Assembly: GCF_000392435.1 (NCBI RefSeq)
Contig: NC_021219.1
Coordinates: forward strand, 60,001 to 92,000
Reading direction: 5' to 3'
DNA length: 32,000 nt
Source of the DNA: Candidatus Saccharimonas aalborgensis
Lineage (GTDB): Bacteria; Patescibacteriota; Saccharimonadia; Saccharimonadales; Saccharimonadaceae
Part shown: piece after piece, positions 1 through 9,750 of the stretch
How positions within the stretch are numbered: position 1 is the first letter of the stretch
How the letters are laid out: every line of letters begins with the position of its first letter
Notes under the pieces: generated by a model
Told to the model about the DNA's origin: nothing
What the model saw: only the letters and a program-made list of their open reading frames with translations
Databases searched by the model: none
Made by a program: the position numbers and the translations under genes

Positions 1-132
1 GATGAAGCCGACACAGGTCAGTTCGGCTGTCGTCGGTCCGTAGACCGACAAGCGAGCTCGGGCACACGCCGGAGAGTCCGGGGTGACCCGGAAAACCACA
101 TACCAATTCTCCCAATGTCCTTCAGCCGCCAC
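1..132 (-). CDS. Partial small GC-rich ORF running off the window start (reads MAAEGHWENWYVVFRVTPDSPACARARLSVYGPTTAELTCVGFI...)
   Basis: Open frame on the minus strand from a GTG at 130-132, with an AGAGGTG Shine-Dalgarno-like sequence just upstream and a consensus-like promoter further upstream. Not in the supplied ORF track because it is truncated. Confidence 0.5.
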   Translation of the reverse strand, partial: MAAEGHWENWYVVFRVTPDSPACARARLSVYGPTTAELTCVGFI

Positions 133-185
133 GCGTATCACCTCTTTCGTAGGATCGAACTATTGTGTGGGGTTGATCAATTTCT

Positions 186-214
186 ATATTACAACTTTAT
201 TGACTATTTATCAA
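186..214 (-). promoter_or_regulatory. Promoter for the partial minus ORF: -35 TTGATA (209-214), 17-nt spacer, -10 TAATAT (186-191)
   Basis: Direct match to sigma70-type consensus on the minus strand. Confidence 0.5.
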
Positions 215-227
215 GTTTACAAAAAAA

Positions 228-340
228 CCTGAATCTCAACCCTCCTCCGACAGACAGTTGGCCCTGATGGGCCAAGGCCCGCCAAGAGCGAAGGCTGATT
301 TAGTTAGCGGCGGGCCGGTTGTCTGGAGTGGGGAGAGGAT
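228..340 (+). repeat. Copy A of a dispersed multi-hairpin repeat; 83-nt core at 240-322
   Basis: Core CCCTCCTCCGACAGACAGTTGGCCCTGATGGGCCAAGGCCCGCC...GGCGGGCCGGTTGT is identical to 12426-12508 and closely related to the reverse complement of 3913-4015. Confidence 0.9.
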
Positions 341-373
341 GGGTTTGTGTCTCTCGTGCTACACTGGTACGTG

Positions 374-1402
374 ATGCAACTCGCTGATTTTCATTATGAT
401 ATTCCCGAAAAACTGATCGCGACCACGCCACCGACAGTACGCGGTGATGCGCGGCTGCTAGTTCTTGACCGCCAGAGCGGCACTGTTAGTGATCGACACT
501 ACCCAGATATCGTCGACTACCTCGGGCTTGGCGACGTGCTTATCATCAATGACACCAAAGTCATCAAGGCTCGATTGATAACAACCAAACAAACCGGTGG
601 CACACGCGAGCTTGTGCTTGTCGAGAAGCACGGTCGCAGTGACGACTGGCATACCCACAAGGTTATCTACCGACGCAAGTTAGCTGTTGGGGACAAACTC
701 TCTGTCGGAGCCGATACGCTGACGGTGGAGGAACTACTTGATGGTGGCATGGCAATCATCAAAAGTGAGCGTGACCTGCTACAAATCGCCGAAGAACACG
801 GCTCGGTGCCGCTGCCACCGTATATGCGGCGCGACGCAACGCCAGCAGATATCGAGCGATACCAGACGATATTTGCCCGTGAGCAGGGGTCGGTCGCCGC
901 TCCGACGGCAAGTCTCAATATGACAGAGGAGACCCTCTCACGACTCCGCGACAAAGGCATTGTCGTCGTCTATGCAACGCTGCATGTCGGCCTCGGTACG
1001 TTTCTGCCTATTCGCGTCGAAGATGTTACCGATCATCATATGCATAAGGAGTATTTTGAGATTCCCGCAGTCACTGTAAGCGCGATACGTGATGCCAAGG
1101 CAAAGGGTAAGCGAGTTGTCGCCCTCGGCACGACTGTGACACGCACACTTGAGTATGCTCACGAAGCCATCCTGGCCGGGCCGCCTAGAGACCTCTCGGG
1201 CGAAGCAGATATCTTTATGTATCCTGGCTATAGCTTTAAGATTATCGACGGCCTGATCACGAACTTTCATATGCCAGATAGCACCGTCCTCATGCTGACC
1301 GCGGCCTTTGCAGGATGGGATAAGCTCAAGCCTGCCTATGAACACGCTATCGACAAAAGCTATCGGTTCTTTAGCTACGGCGACAGTATGTTGATCCTGT
1401 AG
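374..1402 (+). CDS. queA: S-adenosylmethionine:tRNA ribosyltransferase-isomerase
   Basis: Sequence MQLADFHYDIPEKLIATTP...DARLLVLDR...GGTRELVLVEK...TASLNMTEE...VTLHVGLGTF-like region...FYMYPGY...NFHMPDSTVLML is typical of QueA. The ORF track opens at 347, but homology and the promoter position favour ATG 374. Confidence 0.95.
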   Translation: MQLADFHYDIPEKLIATTPPTVRGDARLLVLDRQSGTVSDRHYPDIVDYLGLGDVLIINDTKVIKARLITTKQTGGTRELVLVEKHGRSDDWHTHKVIYRRKLAVGDKLSVGADTLTVEELLDGGMAIIKSERDLLQIAEEHGSVPLPPYMRRDATPADIERYQTIFAREQGSVAAPTASLNMTEETLSRLRDKGIVVVYATLHVGLGTFLPIRVEDVTDHHMHKEYFEIPAVTVSAIRDAKAKGKRVVALGTTVTRTLEYAHEAILAGPPRDLSGEADIFMYPGYSFKIIDGLITNFHMPDSTVLMLTAAFAGWDKLKPAYEHAIDKSYRFFSYGDSMLIL

Positions 1403-1409
1403 CCCACAA

Positions 1410-1468
1410 AAAGCAAACTGCCCGCCCCCGAGGGAGCGAGCAGTCGCTACAACCTCGAGGGACGGGCG
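1410..1468 (-). terminator. Bipartite hairpin terminator, copy D
   Basis: Minus-strand stem CGCCCGTCCC/GGGGGCGGGC with inner AGCGA-CTGC-TCGCT hairpin, followed by GTTTGCTTTTT. Near-identical to 2133-2189. Confidence 0.75.
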
Positions 1469-2065
1469 CTAAGAAACCGAAACTGATACTACCTTCCGCC
1501 TCATAATGATGGTGATCGCCATCAACACGTCGCAGAGAAGGAGATGCAATGGCGCCAAGTAGAGGAACCACTCTGGCGAACCAACGGCAACGACATTGAG
1601 TGCCGCGGCTACTGAGCCAAGCCCCCACATCATCAATGGCTCGGACGACGGATCGCGCCAGGTCTTGATGAGGCTGAGCGTGATACCGATGGTATCGGCA
1701 ACGAGGATGCAGACGAGCGCCATCAGCGCCGAGCTCATCGCGAACCACAGCGTGATACTGGTGAGCGCGATGACGAGCGCAAGTGAGTTTGGCCAGTCAA
1801 GTCCTCCCTCTCCCCGACCGCGCGTCAGCGACAGGCAAAATATCGTGAGGTTGACCACTACGAACCAGCCAAAGACAAACAGGCTGTCGCGTGAGCCAAG
1901 GGCGAACTGAGAGCCGAAGATCACGAGCGCGGTCATCAGGAAGATGAACCACGTATAGCGATGGGGCTGCGCTTGACGCCGCCAAATGGCTTTGACGTAG
2001 CTGAGATCGCTGATCGAGATCAGGATCACGGCCAAAATGCCGATTGCTGCAAGCACGTGGCTCAC
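1469..2065 (-). CDS. Multi-pass integral membrane protein, unknown function
   Basis: 198-aa ORF with about six hydrophobic segments. Upstream promoter TTGAAA-17-TATAAA and SD GAGGAGG; the true start may be the GTG at 2056. Confidence 0.7.
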   Translation of the reverse strand: MSHVLAAIGILAVILISISDLSYVKAIWRRQAQPHRYTWFIFLMTALVIFGSQFALGSRDSLFVFGWFVVVNLTIFCLSLTRGRGEGGLDWPNSLALVIALTSITLWFAMSSALMALVCILVADTIGITLSLIKTWRDPSSEPLMMWGLGSVAAALNVVAVGSPEWFLYLAPLHLLLCDVLMAITIIMRRKVVSVSVS

Positions 2066-2132
2066 CTCCTCTTTGTGAAAGATCGATTCTTTTTGTATTT
2101 ATAACACTTCTGTAGATAATTTTCAACCCATG

Positions 2133-2189
2133 AAAGCAAACTGCCCGCCCCCGAGGGAGCGAGCAGTCGCTACGACCTGGGGACGGGCG
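2133..2189 (-). terminator. Bipartite hairpin terminator, copy E (duplicate of copy D)
   Basis: First ~41 nt identical to 1410-1450, and same stem architecture. Lies directly after the stop of the 2194..2544 minus ORF. Confidence 0.75.
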
Positions 2190-2193
2190 TGTT

Positions 2194-2544
2194 CTACGGC
2201 AAGCCGTAGAGGATGCGGGCGAACGGGCGGACGGCAGCGAAATGCTGCGCCACCTCACTGCCTAGGTCGGTGAGCTCCTGCCGGAACTCATCCGCGTTGT
2301 AGCGGACGAGGCCGAGTTCGTGGAGCTTGACAACCGCGTCGGTGATGTTGCCGCCGAGCTCGAAGTGACGCCACTTCGCCTCCTCGAACATCATGATGAG
2401 CTCGAGTCCGGGCTTGCGGCCCTCACGGGCCTCGAGCATGATCAGGAGGTACAGCACCGCGTGCCGCGGCACCTCCTTGAGTCGCTGGAGCGCCTCGAGG
2501 ACGCTCGCCGCGGGATTCTCCGGCTCTTTGTATTCATACTCCAT
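2194..2544 (-). CDS. Small GC-rich hypothetical protein (116 aa)
   Basis: SD GAGGTG 6-7 nt before ATG, consensus promoter upstream, strong G/C third-position bias, terminator just after the stop. Confidence 0.7.
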   Translation of the reverse strand: MEYEYKEPENPAASVLEALQRLKEVPRHAVLYLLIMLEAREGRKPGLELIMMFEEAKWRHFELGGNITDAVVKLHELGLVRYNADEFRQELTDLGSEVAQHFAAVRPFARILYGLP

Positions 2545-2583
2545 AGTGCACCTCGATAAAATCGAAGGGATGTGGACATATTC

Positions 2584-2612
2584 ATTATGTCATAGTTTAC
2601 ATATATTTGCAA
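2584..2612 (-). promoter_or_regulatory. Promoter for 2194..2544: -35 TTGCAA (2607-2612), 17-nt spacer, -10 CATAAT (2584-2589)
   Basis: Direct sequence match on the minus strand. Confidence 0.5.
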
Positions 2613-2649
2613 CTACTTCATTCACTTGACCTCAGTTGTGCTACAGTAA

Positions 2650-3903
<1,254 letters not shown>

Positions 3904-3912
3904 CTTGAGCCT

Positions 3913-4015
3913 CACCACCTCCCCACTCCGAACACCGGCCCGCCGCTAACTGACTAGCTTTCGCCTTGGCGGGCCTTGGCCCATCAGGGCCAACTGTCTG
4001 TCGGGGGAGGTGGTG
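3913..4015 (-). repeat. Copy C of the dispersed multi-hairpin repeat (inverted orientation), between convergent tgt and yhhQ
   Basis: Closed by the 12-bp arms CACCACCTCCCC (3913-3924) and GGGGAGGTGGTG (4004-4015); the internal hairpins match copies A and B. Confidence 0.9.
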
Positions 4016-4028
4016 ATACGCTGATGAA

Positions 4029-4703
4029 TTAGTCAACCAAGTAGCGTGCCGGTGCTTCGAAGCTATCGAGTTTTTCGTGCTTCTTGATGTAGTGAATGAC
4101 ACGCATGGTGAGTGGTGACACCGCTATTTCGGTGACTATCTTGATACAAAAGACGGTGGCGATAAGCTGAACCATCGTATCGGCCGGCATCGTGCCGCCG
4201 AACGCGAGGAGCGAAAAGACTGTGGTATCAACGAGACTACCGACACCAGAACTGCCAACAAGACGCGCCCAGAGACGCTTGCCCTTTGTCTTAATCTTGA
4301 GCGTTACGAGGACGTAGCTATTGATCAATTCACCGATAAATATCGCGGCGATACTAGCTGCAACGATCCGCCATACTACTCCCAGGATGGCATCATACGA
4401 TGATTGATTTGTCCAGCTTACATCTGCCGGCAGCATACCGACTAACCAAAAGGTTACACTAGTCAAGAGAAGCGTCATGATGCCTACGTAGAGGAGTGAC
4501 CGCATCTTGCGATATCCATATACCTCTGTCACGATATCACCCACGATATACGCCAGCGGAAACAGTATGGTTCCCGCATCAAATACTAGTGGTCCAGCAT
4601 GCACCATCTTGACACTGGCAATATTGCTGACGATAAGCGTCATCACAAATAGTCCCGATAAGAGTTCATAGACATGGACATGTTTTTTGGCAAACAGAAA
4701 CAT
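4029..4703 (-). CDS. yhhQ: YhhQ/DUF165-type queuosine precursor transporter
   Basis: Multi-pass protein with LIVSNIASVKMV...FDAGTILFPLAYIVGDIVTEVYGYR, typical of the family, located next to queA/tgt. Confidence 0.88.
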   Translation of the reverse strand: MFLFAKKHVHVYELLSGLFVMTLIVSNIASVKMVHAGPLVFDAGTILFPLAYIVGDIVTEVYGYRKMRSLLYVGIMTLLLTSVTFWLVGMLPADVSWTNQSSYDAILGVVWRIVAASIAAIFIGELINSYVLVTLKIKTKGKRLWARLVGSSGVGSLVDTTVFSLLAFGGTMPADTMVQLIATVFCIKIVTEIAVSPLTMRVIHYIKKHEKLDSFEAPARYLVD

Positions 4704-4711
4704 GCTGACTA

Positions 4712-5416
4712 TTATACACCACCCGTTACTACTGGTACTGTCTGGTCAGGACATGTCTCAAGCACACGCTGCATGGCAGATTTTTCGGCATCGGTGACCC
4801 ACAGATGGTACTTTGCCTTCACGGCGATCTGCCGTGCGACATACTGACACCGAAATGCCCTATTTGCCGGTAACCATGTGGCGGCATCGCCATCACCTTT
4901 GGCTTGATTGGCATCGCCATCGACCGCTAGCAGTTCAAGTGGATCATTTGCGAGCTGAGTACGCTCTTCAAGGCTGAGGAGTTGTGCACCGGTTTGCCAG
5001 GCATTACTGAGCGCAACGACGTGATCAATCTGCACGTCATCACTGGTTGATGGGCCTCTCGCAAACGCAATGACCGTACCCGTATAGGGATCATTGAGGA
5101 TGCCACTCGTGACTTTGCAAGAATCATTTACCACGGCATTTGAAAGATCACGATGGAGGATAATATTGCGCATATCACAGGTGCCGATAAGTGACCAACC
5201 ATCGCCGAACTGAGTTCGGGTGTAGTCAGTTTTTGGCGCGCGTCCTTTGACCGGTAACTTCTCGAGCATCGCCTGTGCCCGATCACCGGTAGTCACCGAC
5301 GTCGATGAGGGGATCGATGGAGGAGTCTGGGGTTGCGGCCCAGTTTGATTGATATAGAGAGCAATTGCAAATGCGATAAGCAATGCTCCGAGTACCCTTC
5401 GTCGACGATATGGCAT
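4712..5416 (-). CDS. HNH endonuclease domain protein (DUF1524/GmrSD C-terminal-like) with N-terminal membrane/signal segment
   Basis: MPYRRRRVLGALLIAFAIALYI hydrophobic N-terminus; VQIDHVVALSNAWQTGA...DPLELLAVDGDANQAKGDGDAATWLP motif. The track opens at 5476, but ATG 5416 fits both the signal peptide and the promoter. Confidence 0.85.
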   Translation of the reverse strand: MPYRRRRVLGALLIAFAIALYINQTGPQPQTPPSIPSSTSVTTGDRAQAMLEKLPVKGRAPKTDYTRTQFGDGWSLIGTCDMRNIILHRDLSNAVVNDSCKVTSGILNDPYTGTVIAFARGPSTSDDVQIDHVVALSNAWQTGAQLLSLEERTQLANDPLELLAVDGDANQAKGDGDAATWLPANRAFRCQYVARQIAVKAKYHLWVTDAEKSAMQRVLETCPDQTVPVVTGGV

Positions 5417-5446
5417 GCGCCCATTATCCTCTGATACAATAGAGGA

Positions 5447-7969
5447 ATGCAAGCTGTAAATCACCTTATTTCTCAATTTGTCCCGGAATCATATAATCTC
5501 TCATTGATACTTGATCGAGCTAGCCATGAGGCCCACGGTCATGTCGTCATCTCAGGATCTTCAGTCAACGGTACTATCGCACTTCATGCCAAGGATATGG
5601 CCATCGACCATGTAATGCTTGATGGCCAACCAGCGTCACACTCCTTCGGTAAGGACGATGAGCTCACTATCGGCAGCTCTGCTCTCTCGCCGGGCAAGCA
5701 TGTCATCGAAATTGAGTACCACTTTACCATCACCGAACTCGCACATGGTATGTACGTATCGCGCTATAAAGAAAACGGTGTTGAGAAAGAGTTATTTGCC
5801 ACCCAACTTGAGAGTCACTACGCCCGTGAGGTACTGCCCTGCGTCGATGAACCAGAAGCCAAAGCTGTCTTTACGGTCGATATCACCACCGCACGTGGAT
5901 CAACAGTCCTTAGTAATATGCCGGCTACGCATTACGAACATAGCAATGAGGTGACCACAACATACTTCGAACCCTCTCCGCGTATGAGTAGCTACCTACT
6001 CGCTATCGCCGTCGGAGAGTTTCACAAGCTCAGCCGTCTCTCGACGACTGGCGTTGAGGTCAATATATGGGCAGTGCCGACTCAACCGGCTACCGCGCTT
6101 GAATACCCCCTTGAACAAGCAATCAAATGTATTGATTTTTATGATGACTACTTCGGTGTGCCCTACCCGCTTCCAAAAAGTGACCACCTCGCCCTCCCAG
6201 ATTTTGGAGGTGGTGCAGCCGCCATGGAAAACTGGGGACTAGTCACCTATCGTCAAGATTACTTGCTCGCTGATCCCAGCATGACTAGCGTCGAATCAAA
6301 GCAGATGATCGCCAAGACAATTGCTCATGAGATTAGCCACCAATGGTTTGGCAACCTCGTGACGATGAAGTGGTGGAATGACCTCTGGCTCAACGAGAGT
6401 TTTGCTAATGTGATGGAGTACATCGCACTTGATCATCTCTACCCCGAATGGCAGATGTGGCTGGATTGTTCCACCTACGAAAACGTCCTCGCGCTACGGC
6501 GCGACAGTATCGATGGTGTCCAGTCAGTCCAGATCGATGTCAATCATCCGAGCGAGATTCAGTCTATCTTTGACGGAGCGATCGTCTATGCAAAGGGTGG
6601 CCGCTTGATGCGCATGCTCCATGCGTACGTTGGTGAGGAGGCATTCCGCAGTGGACTTAAACTCTATTTTTCCAGGCATCAATACGCCAATACGACGGGA
6701 GACGACCTATGGAACGCACTTGCCGAAACCAGTGGCAAGGATGTCGTTGGCTTCATGCACACATGGATTAGCCAGCCAGGGTATCCGGTTGTCTCGGCCT
6801 CTCTGGCAGACGGTGAATTAACCCTCACCCAGCGACAGTTTTTTATTGGCCCACACCAGGCCTCAACTCGCCTGTGGCCAATCCCGCTTGGCGCCCAGAA
6901 TGAGTCGATTCCTCACACACTGAGCGAACCATCACTCACAATACCCTACTCGGATACGTCTCTACGGCTCAACCAGGATGATAGCGCTCACTTCATTACT
7001 CACTACGACAAGGGGTTATTTGATAAATTGTTGTCTGACGTGAGGAGTGGTAACCTATCAGTCTTAGGTCGGGCCCAACTGCTTCACGAGCAAACCCTGC
7101 TTGTACGGGGTGGTCTGCTCTCGAGCGACACATTGATTGACCTCCTCGAAGCCTATGTCAATGAAGACGATGAATACGTCTGGGATATGATGGCCGTAGC
7201 TATCGGTGAGTTAAAAAAGTTTGTCGACACGAATGAGGCTGCAGAGCATCAGTTACGGACGTTTGTCGGACGACTCGCACGTCAGCAGTATGAACAGCTC
7301 GGATGGCAAAAGAAACCGGATGAATCACTCACACGCACCAAACTTCGCACGACCATTATCAGCTGTATGCTCTATAGCGAGGATACTGAGGTCATAGCCG
7401 AGGCCATTCGTCAGTATCGCTCCTCGTCAATCGACCAGCTTGATCCCGAACTACGCGGCCTAATCATCTCGACTGTTGTTCGTCACGATCATCGCCCGGA
7501 CGATATCGATGCACTCATCCAGGACTATAGCGCAACCATCAATCCCGAGTTGCAACACGATATCTGCGGCGCCCTCACCTCATCGCGTGATCACGATACA
7601 CTACTGCGTTTGATCGGCCTCCTCAAAGATACAAAGGTGATCCGTCTCCAAGACACCGTCTCGTGGTTTGTATCGCTCCTAAGAAACCGCTTTAGCCGCC
7701 AAGAGGTGTGGGACTGGATGAGACGCGAATGGCCGTGGATCGGCGAGATGTACTTTAGCGAAAAAAGCTATGACTCATTCCCGAAGTACGCCGCAATGTG
7801 CCTCATGACAGCGTCACAACTCGATGAGTTTACAGCATTCTTTACCCCGATGCGCGATGACCCTTCGCTGACACGGGCCATCGATATGGGTATTGTTGAT
7901 CTCACTGCCCGCGTTGAGCTGATCGAAAAAGATGGACCAGCCGTCATCGCGAGACTAGCGCAACTCTAA
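5447..7969 (+). CDS. pepN: M1 family zinc aminopeptidase
   Basis: GGGAAMENWG exopeptidase motif and HEISHQWFGN...NESFA zinc-binding motif (HExxH-x18-E). Confidence 0.93.
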   Translation: MQAVNHLISQFVPESYNLSLILDRASHEAHGHVVISGSSVNGTIALHAKDMAIDHVMLDGQPASHSFGKDDELTIGSSALSPGKHVIEIEYHFTITELAHGMYVSRYKENGVEKELFATQLESHYAREVLPCVDEPEAKAVFTVDITTARGSTVLSNMPATHYEHSNEVTTTYFEPSPRMSSYLLAIAVGEFHKLSRLSTTGVEVNIWAVPTQPATALEYPLEQAIKCIDFYDDYFGVPYPLPKSDHLALPDFGGGAAAMENWGLVTYRQDYLLADPSMTSVESKQMIAKTIAHEISHQWFGNLVTMKWWNDLWLNESFANVMEYIALDHLYPEWQMWLDCSTYENVLALRRDSIDGVQSVQIDVNHPSEIQSIFDGAIVYAKGGRLMRMLHAYVGEEAFRSGLKLYFSRHQYANTTGDDLWNALAETSGKDVVGFMHTWISQPGYPVVSASLADGELTLTQRQFFIGPHQASTRLWPIPLGAQNESIPHTLSEPSLTIPYSDTSLRLNQDDSAHFITHYDKGLFDKLLSDVRSGNLSVLGRAQLLHEQTLLVRGGLLSSDTLIDLLEAYVNEDDEYVWDMMAVAIGELKKFVDTNEAAEHQLRTFVGRLARQQYEQLGWQKKPDESLTRTKLRTTIISCMLYSEDTEVIAEAIRQYRSSSIDQLDPELRGLIISTVVRHDHRPDDIDALIQDYSATINPELQHDICGALTSSRDHDTLLRLIGLLKDTKVIRLQDTVSWFVSLLRNRFSRQEVWDWMRREWPWIGEMYFSEKSYDSFPKYAAMCLMTASQLDEFTAFFTPMRDDPSLTRAIDMGIVDLTARVELIEKDGPAVIARLAQL

Positions 7970-8896
7970 GTATGTGACGACAGCGGGTGGTGTGCCGGTG
8001 GTAGAAATAACTCCTAGCCGCAGATCATGTCCCGGGTGATGAGCGGCATACACCTCTGCAGCAAAGGCCATTTGACGCTGCTTCCGCTTTGTAATCGCAG
8101 CAATTCCGTCTCCCGCTGTATCATTTTTGCGATGTTTCACCTCTGTAAAGTGCAGCGTATTTGCCTGCTTGCTAATGATATCAATTTCGCACCATTTCGT
8201 ACGCCAATTCCGTGCCACGATGGTATGACCGAGTGATTGTAGATACTCAGCCGCCACAGCCTCACTCGCCTGGCCAATTGAGCGAGTGGTGGTAGCCGGT
8301 AGGCTTTTCTCGCGCCTTTCTTTGGGAGCGTCGAATCGATAGGCCGCGAGTGGCGCAAAGCTCAACCGATGCAGCGGAGTTACCCCGAGCTTGTCTATGG
8401 CCGCTCGATGTGCCGCGACGCCATAGCCAGCATGACGACCGAATCCATACCCAGGGTAGACGCTATCTTGATCGGCCATGTAGCGATCGCGTGCCACCTT
8501 TGCAACGATCGAAGCAGCCGAGACACTCGGCACCAATTTGTCGGCTTTTGGCAGGACGGTCACATACTGACCCTTTTTTGTTCCAGCGAGGAAATTAACA
8601 GTGCCGTCGATGATGATTTCGTGGTACGGTACCGTGATTTGCTCGACAGCCCGCCTGGTCGCTAGTACAAGCGCCTGGCTGAGGCCGATGTTGTCGAGCT
8701 CTGTCGCCGTGACCCATCCCAGCGCTACTGCTGCAGCCTGCTCGATGATAATCGGCGCTAGCGCTTCTCGTTGTTTCTTGGTCAACTGTTTGCTATCAGC
8801 TAGTCCCTCTATCTCAGTGCCACCAAGCACCACCGCACCAACCACCAGTGGTCCTGCCCAGGGACCACGTCCGACTTCATCGATGCCAAGTATCAT
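7955..8896 (-). CDS. rnhB: Fusion protein: ribonuclease HII (N-term) and UPF0102/YraN-like nuclease domain (C-term)
   Basis: N-term MILGIDEVGRGPWAGPLVVGAVVL...DSKQLTKKQ...KADKLVPSVSAASIVAKVARDR...GYGVAAHRAA; C-term GQASEAVAAEYLQSLGHTIVARNWRTKWCEIDIISK...HFTEVKHRKND. Start revised from 9001 to 8896 from homology and promoter position. Confidence 0.92.
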   Translation of the reverse strand: MILGIDEVGRGPWAGPLVVGAVVLGGTEIEGLADSKQLTKKQREALAPIIIEQAAAVALGWVTATELDNIGLSQALVLATRRAVEQITVPYHEIIIDGTVNFLAGTKKGQYVTVLPKADKLVPSVSAASIVAKVARDRYMADQDSVYPGYGFGRHAGYGVAAHRAAIDKLGVTPLHRLSFAPLAAYRFDAPKERREKSLPATTTRSIGQASEAVAAEYLQSLGHTIVARNWRTKWCEIDIISKQANTLHFTEVKHRKNDTAGDGIAAITKRKQRQMAFAAEVYAAHHPGHDLRLGVISTTGTPPAVVTYLELR

Positions 8897-9051
8897 GCAC
8901 ATAAGTATAGCGTATTCCTCATATTTGACTTTTAGTGATATTTTGACAGATGCCTCCAGACACGGGTCATTATCATAGGAAAGCGGTATCTCTCCATGCA
9001 AAGAACTCTCGGGTTTTGACCGAGAGTTCTTTAGTATATAGCTCTAATTAT

Positions 9052-9576
9052 TTAGTCATTTTCAGCGTGACGTGCTTCGACTTCAGCTGCCTTGGCAGCA
9101 AGCTCGGCAGCCTCTACATCTTTTGCCGCCTGACGCTCGGCAGCCTCTACGGCTTTTTGCTCCTTGATACGCGCTTCTTCCTCTTCGGCATGATCGTTTT
9201 TGACGGCGTTTACTGCTTCGCGGTCAAACTGGACCGCTGTCAAACGTGCACCCTTACCGCTGCGCTGGCGGAGGTAGCTCAGGAAGTTGCGGCGAACTTT
9301 GCTGCGGCGAACAATCTCGACTTTTTCGACAAGCGGGCTGTGCAGGAGAAAACTCTTTTCGACACCGACGCCGCTTGCTACCTTGCGAACGGTGATGCGG
9401 CTCGTATGCTGACTCTTGTTGTCGGTACGGATGACGACGCCTTCAAACACCTGGATACGCTCTTTGCCGCCTTCTTTGATTTTTTGGTGCACACGCACGG
9501 TATCACCGCTGCGGGCATCGACGACTTGCTTTTTCTTTTGCTCGTCGTTGACTTTTTGGATTAGGGAAAAACTCAT
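9052..9576 (-). CDS. rplS: 50S ribosomal protein L19 with charged C-terminal extension
   Basis: GDTVRVHQKIKEGGKERIQVFEGVVI...FLLHSPLVEKVEIVRRSKVRRNFLSYLRQRSGKGARL; roughly 50 extra residues rich in A/E/K follow. Confidence 0.95.
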   Translation of the reverse strand: MSFSLIQKVNDEQKKKQVVDARSGDTVRVHQKIKEGGKERIQVFEGVVIRTDNKSQHTSRITVRKVASGVGVEKSFLLHSPLVEKVEIVRRSKVRRNFLSYLRQRSGKGARLTAVQFDREAVNAVKNDHAEEEEARIKEQKAVEAAERQAAKDVEAAELAAKAAEVEARHAEND

Positions 9577-9646
9577 CTTCTACTCGCTTATCATTTAGTA
9601 TTACAATTCGACTATCAACTATAGCATACTTCTGGACATTTTAAAA

Positions 9647-9661
9647 GAGGCTAGACGCCTC
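9647..9661 (-). terminator. Small hairpin terminator GAGGC-GTCTA-GCCTC followed by TTTTAAAA on the minus strand
   Basis: Perfect 5-bp stem plus T run, downstream of the 9751..9954 ORF. Confidence 0.55.
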
Positions 9662-9696
9662 AATCGGTAGGGCGGGGACAAGGAGAGAGCGGTGGT

Positions 9697-9732
9697 GGTG
9701 CAGGGAGTCCTCTTTCGAGAGCTCCCTGCACC
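9697..9732 (-). terminator. Large GC hairpin: GGTGCAGGGAG ... CTCCCTGCACC with inner CTCT-TTCG-AGAG
   Basis: 11-bp perfect arms plus a 4-bp inner stem, immediately 3' of the GC-rich small ORF. Confidence 0.75.
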
Positions 9733-9750
9733 GTGCGGCCGAGTCAGGGC

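Noticed and set aside
228-340. preQ1/queuosine riboswitch upstream of queA
   Set aside because: The same 83-nt core occurs identically downstream of the malic enzyme gene, and queA has its own promoter immediately before ATG 374 (downstream of the element), so the element is unlikely to be in the queA mRNA.
4712-5416. Type IV restriction (GmrSD) system
   Set aside because: Only the DUF1524-like HNH nuclease half is present, behind a membrane/signal segment. No DUF262 partner, so more likely a secreted scavenging nuclease.
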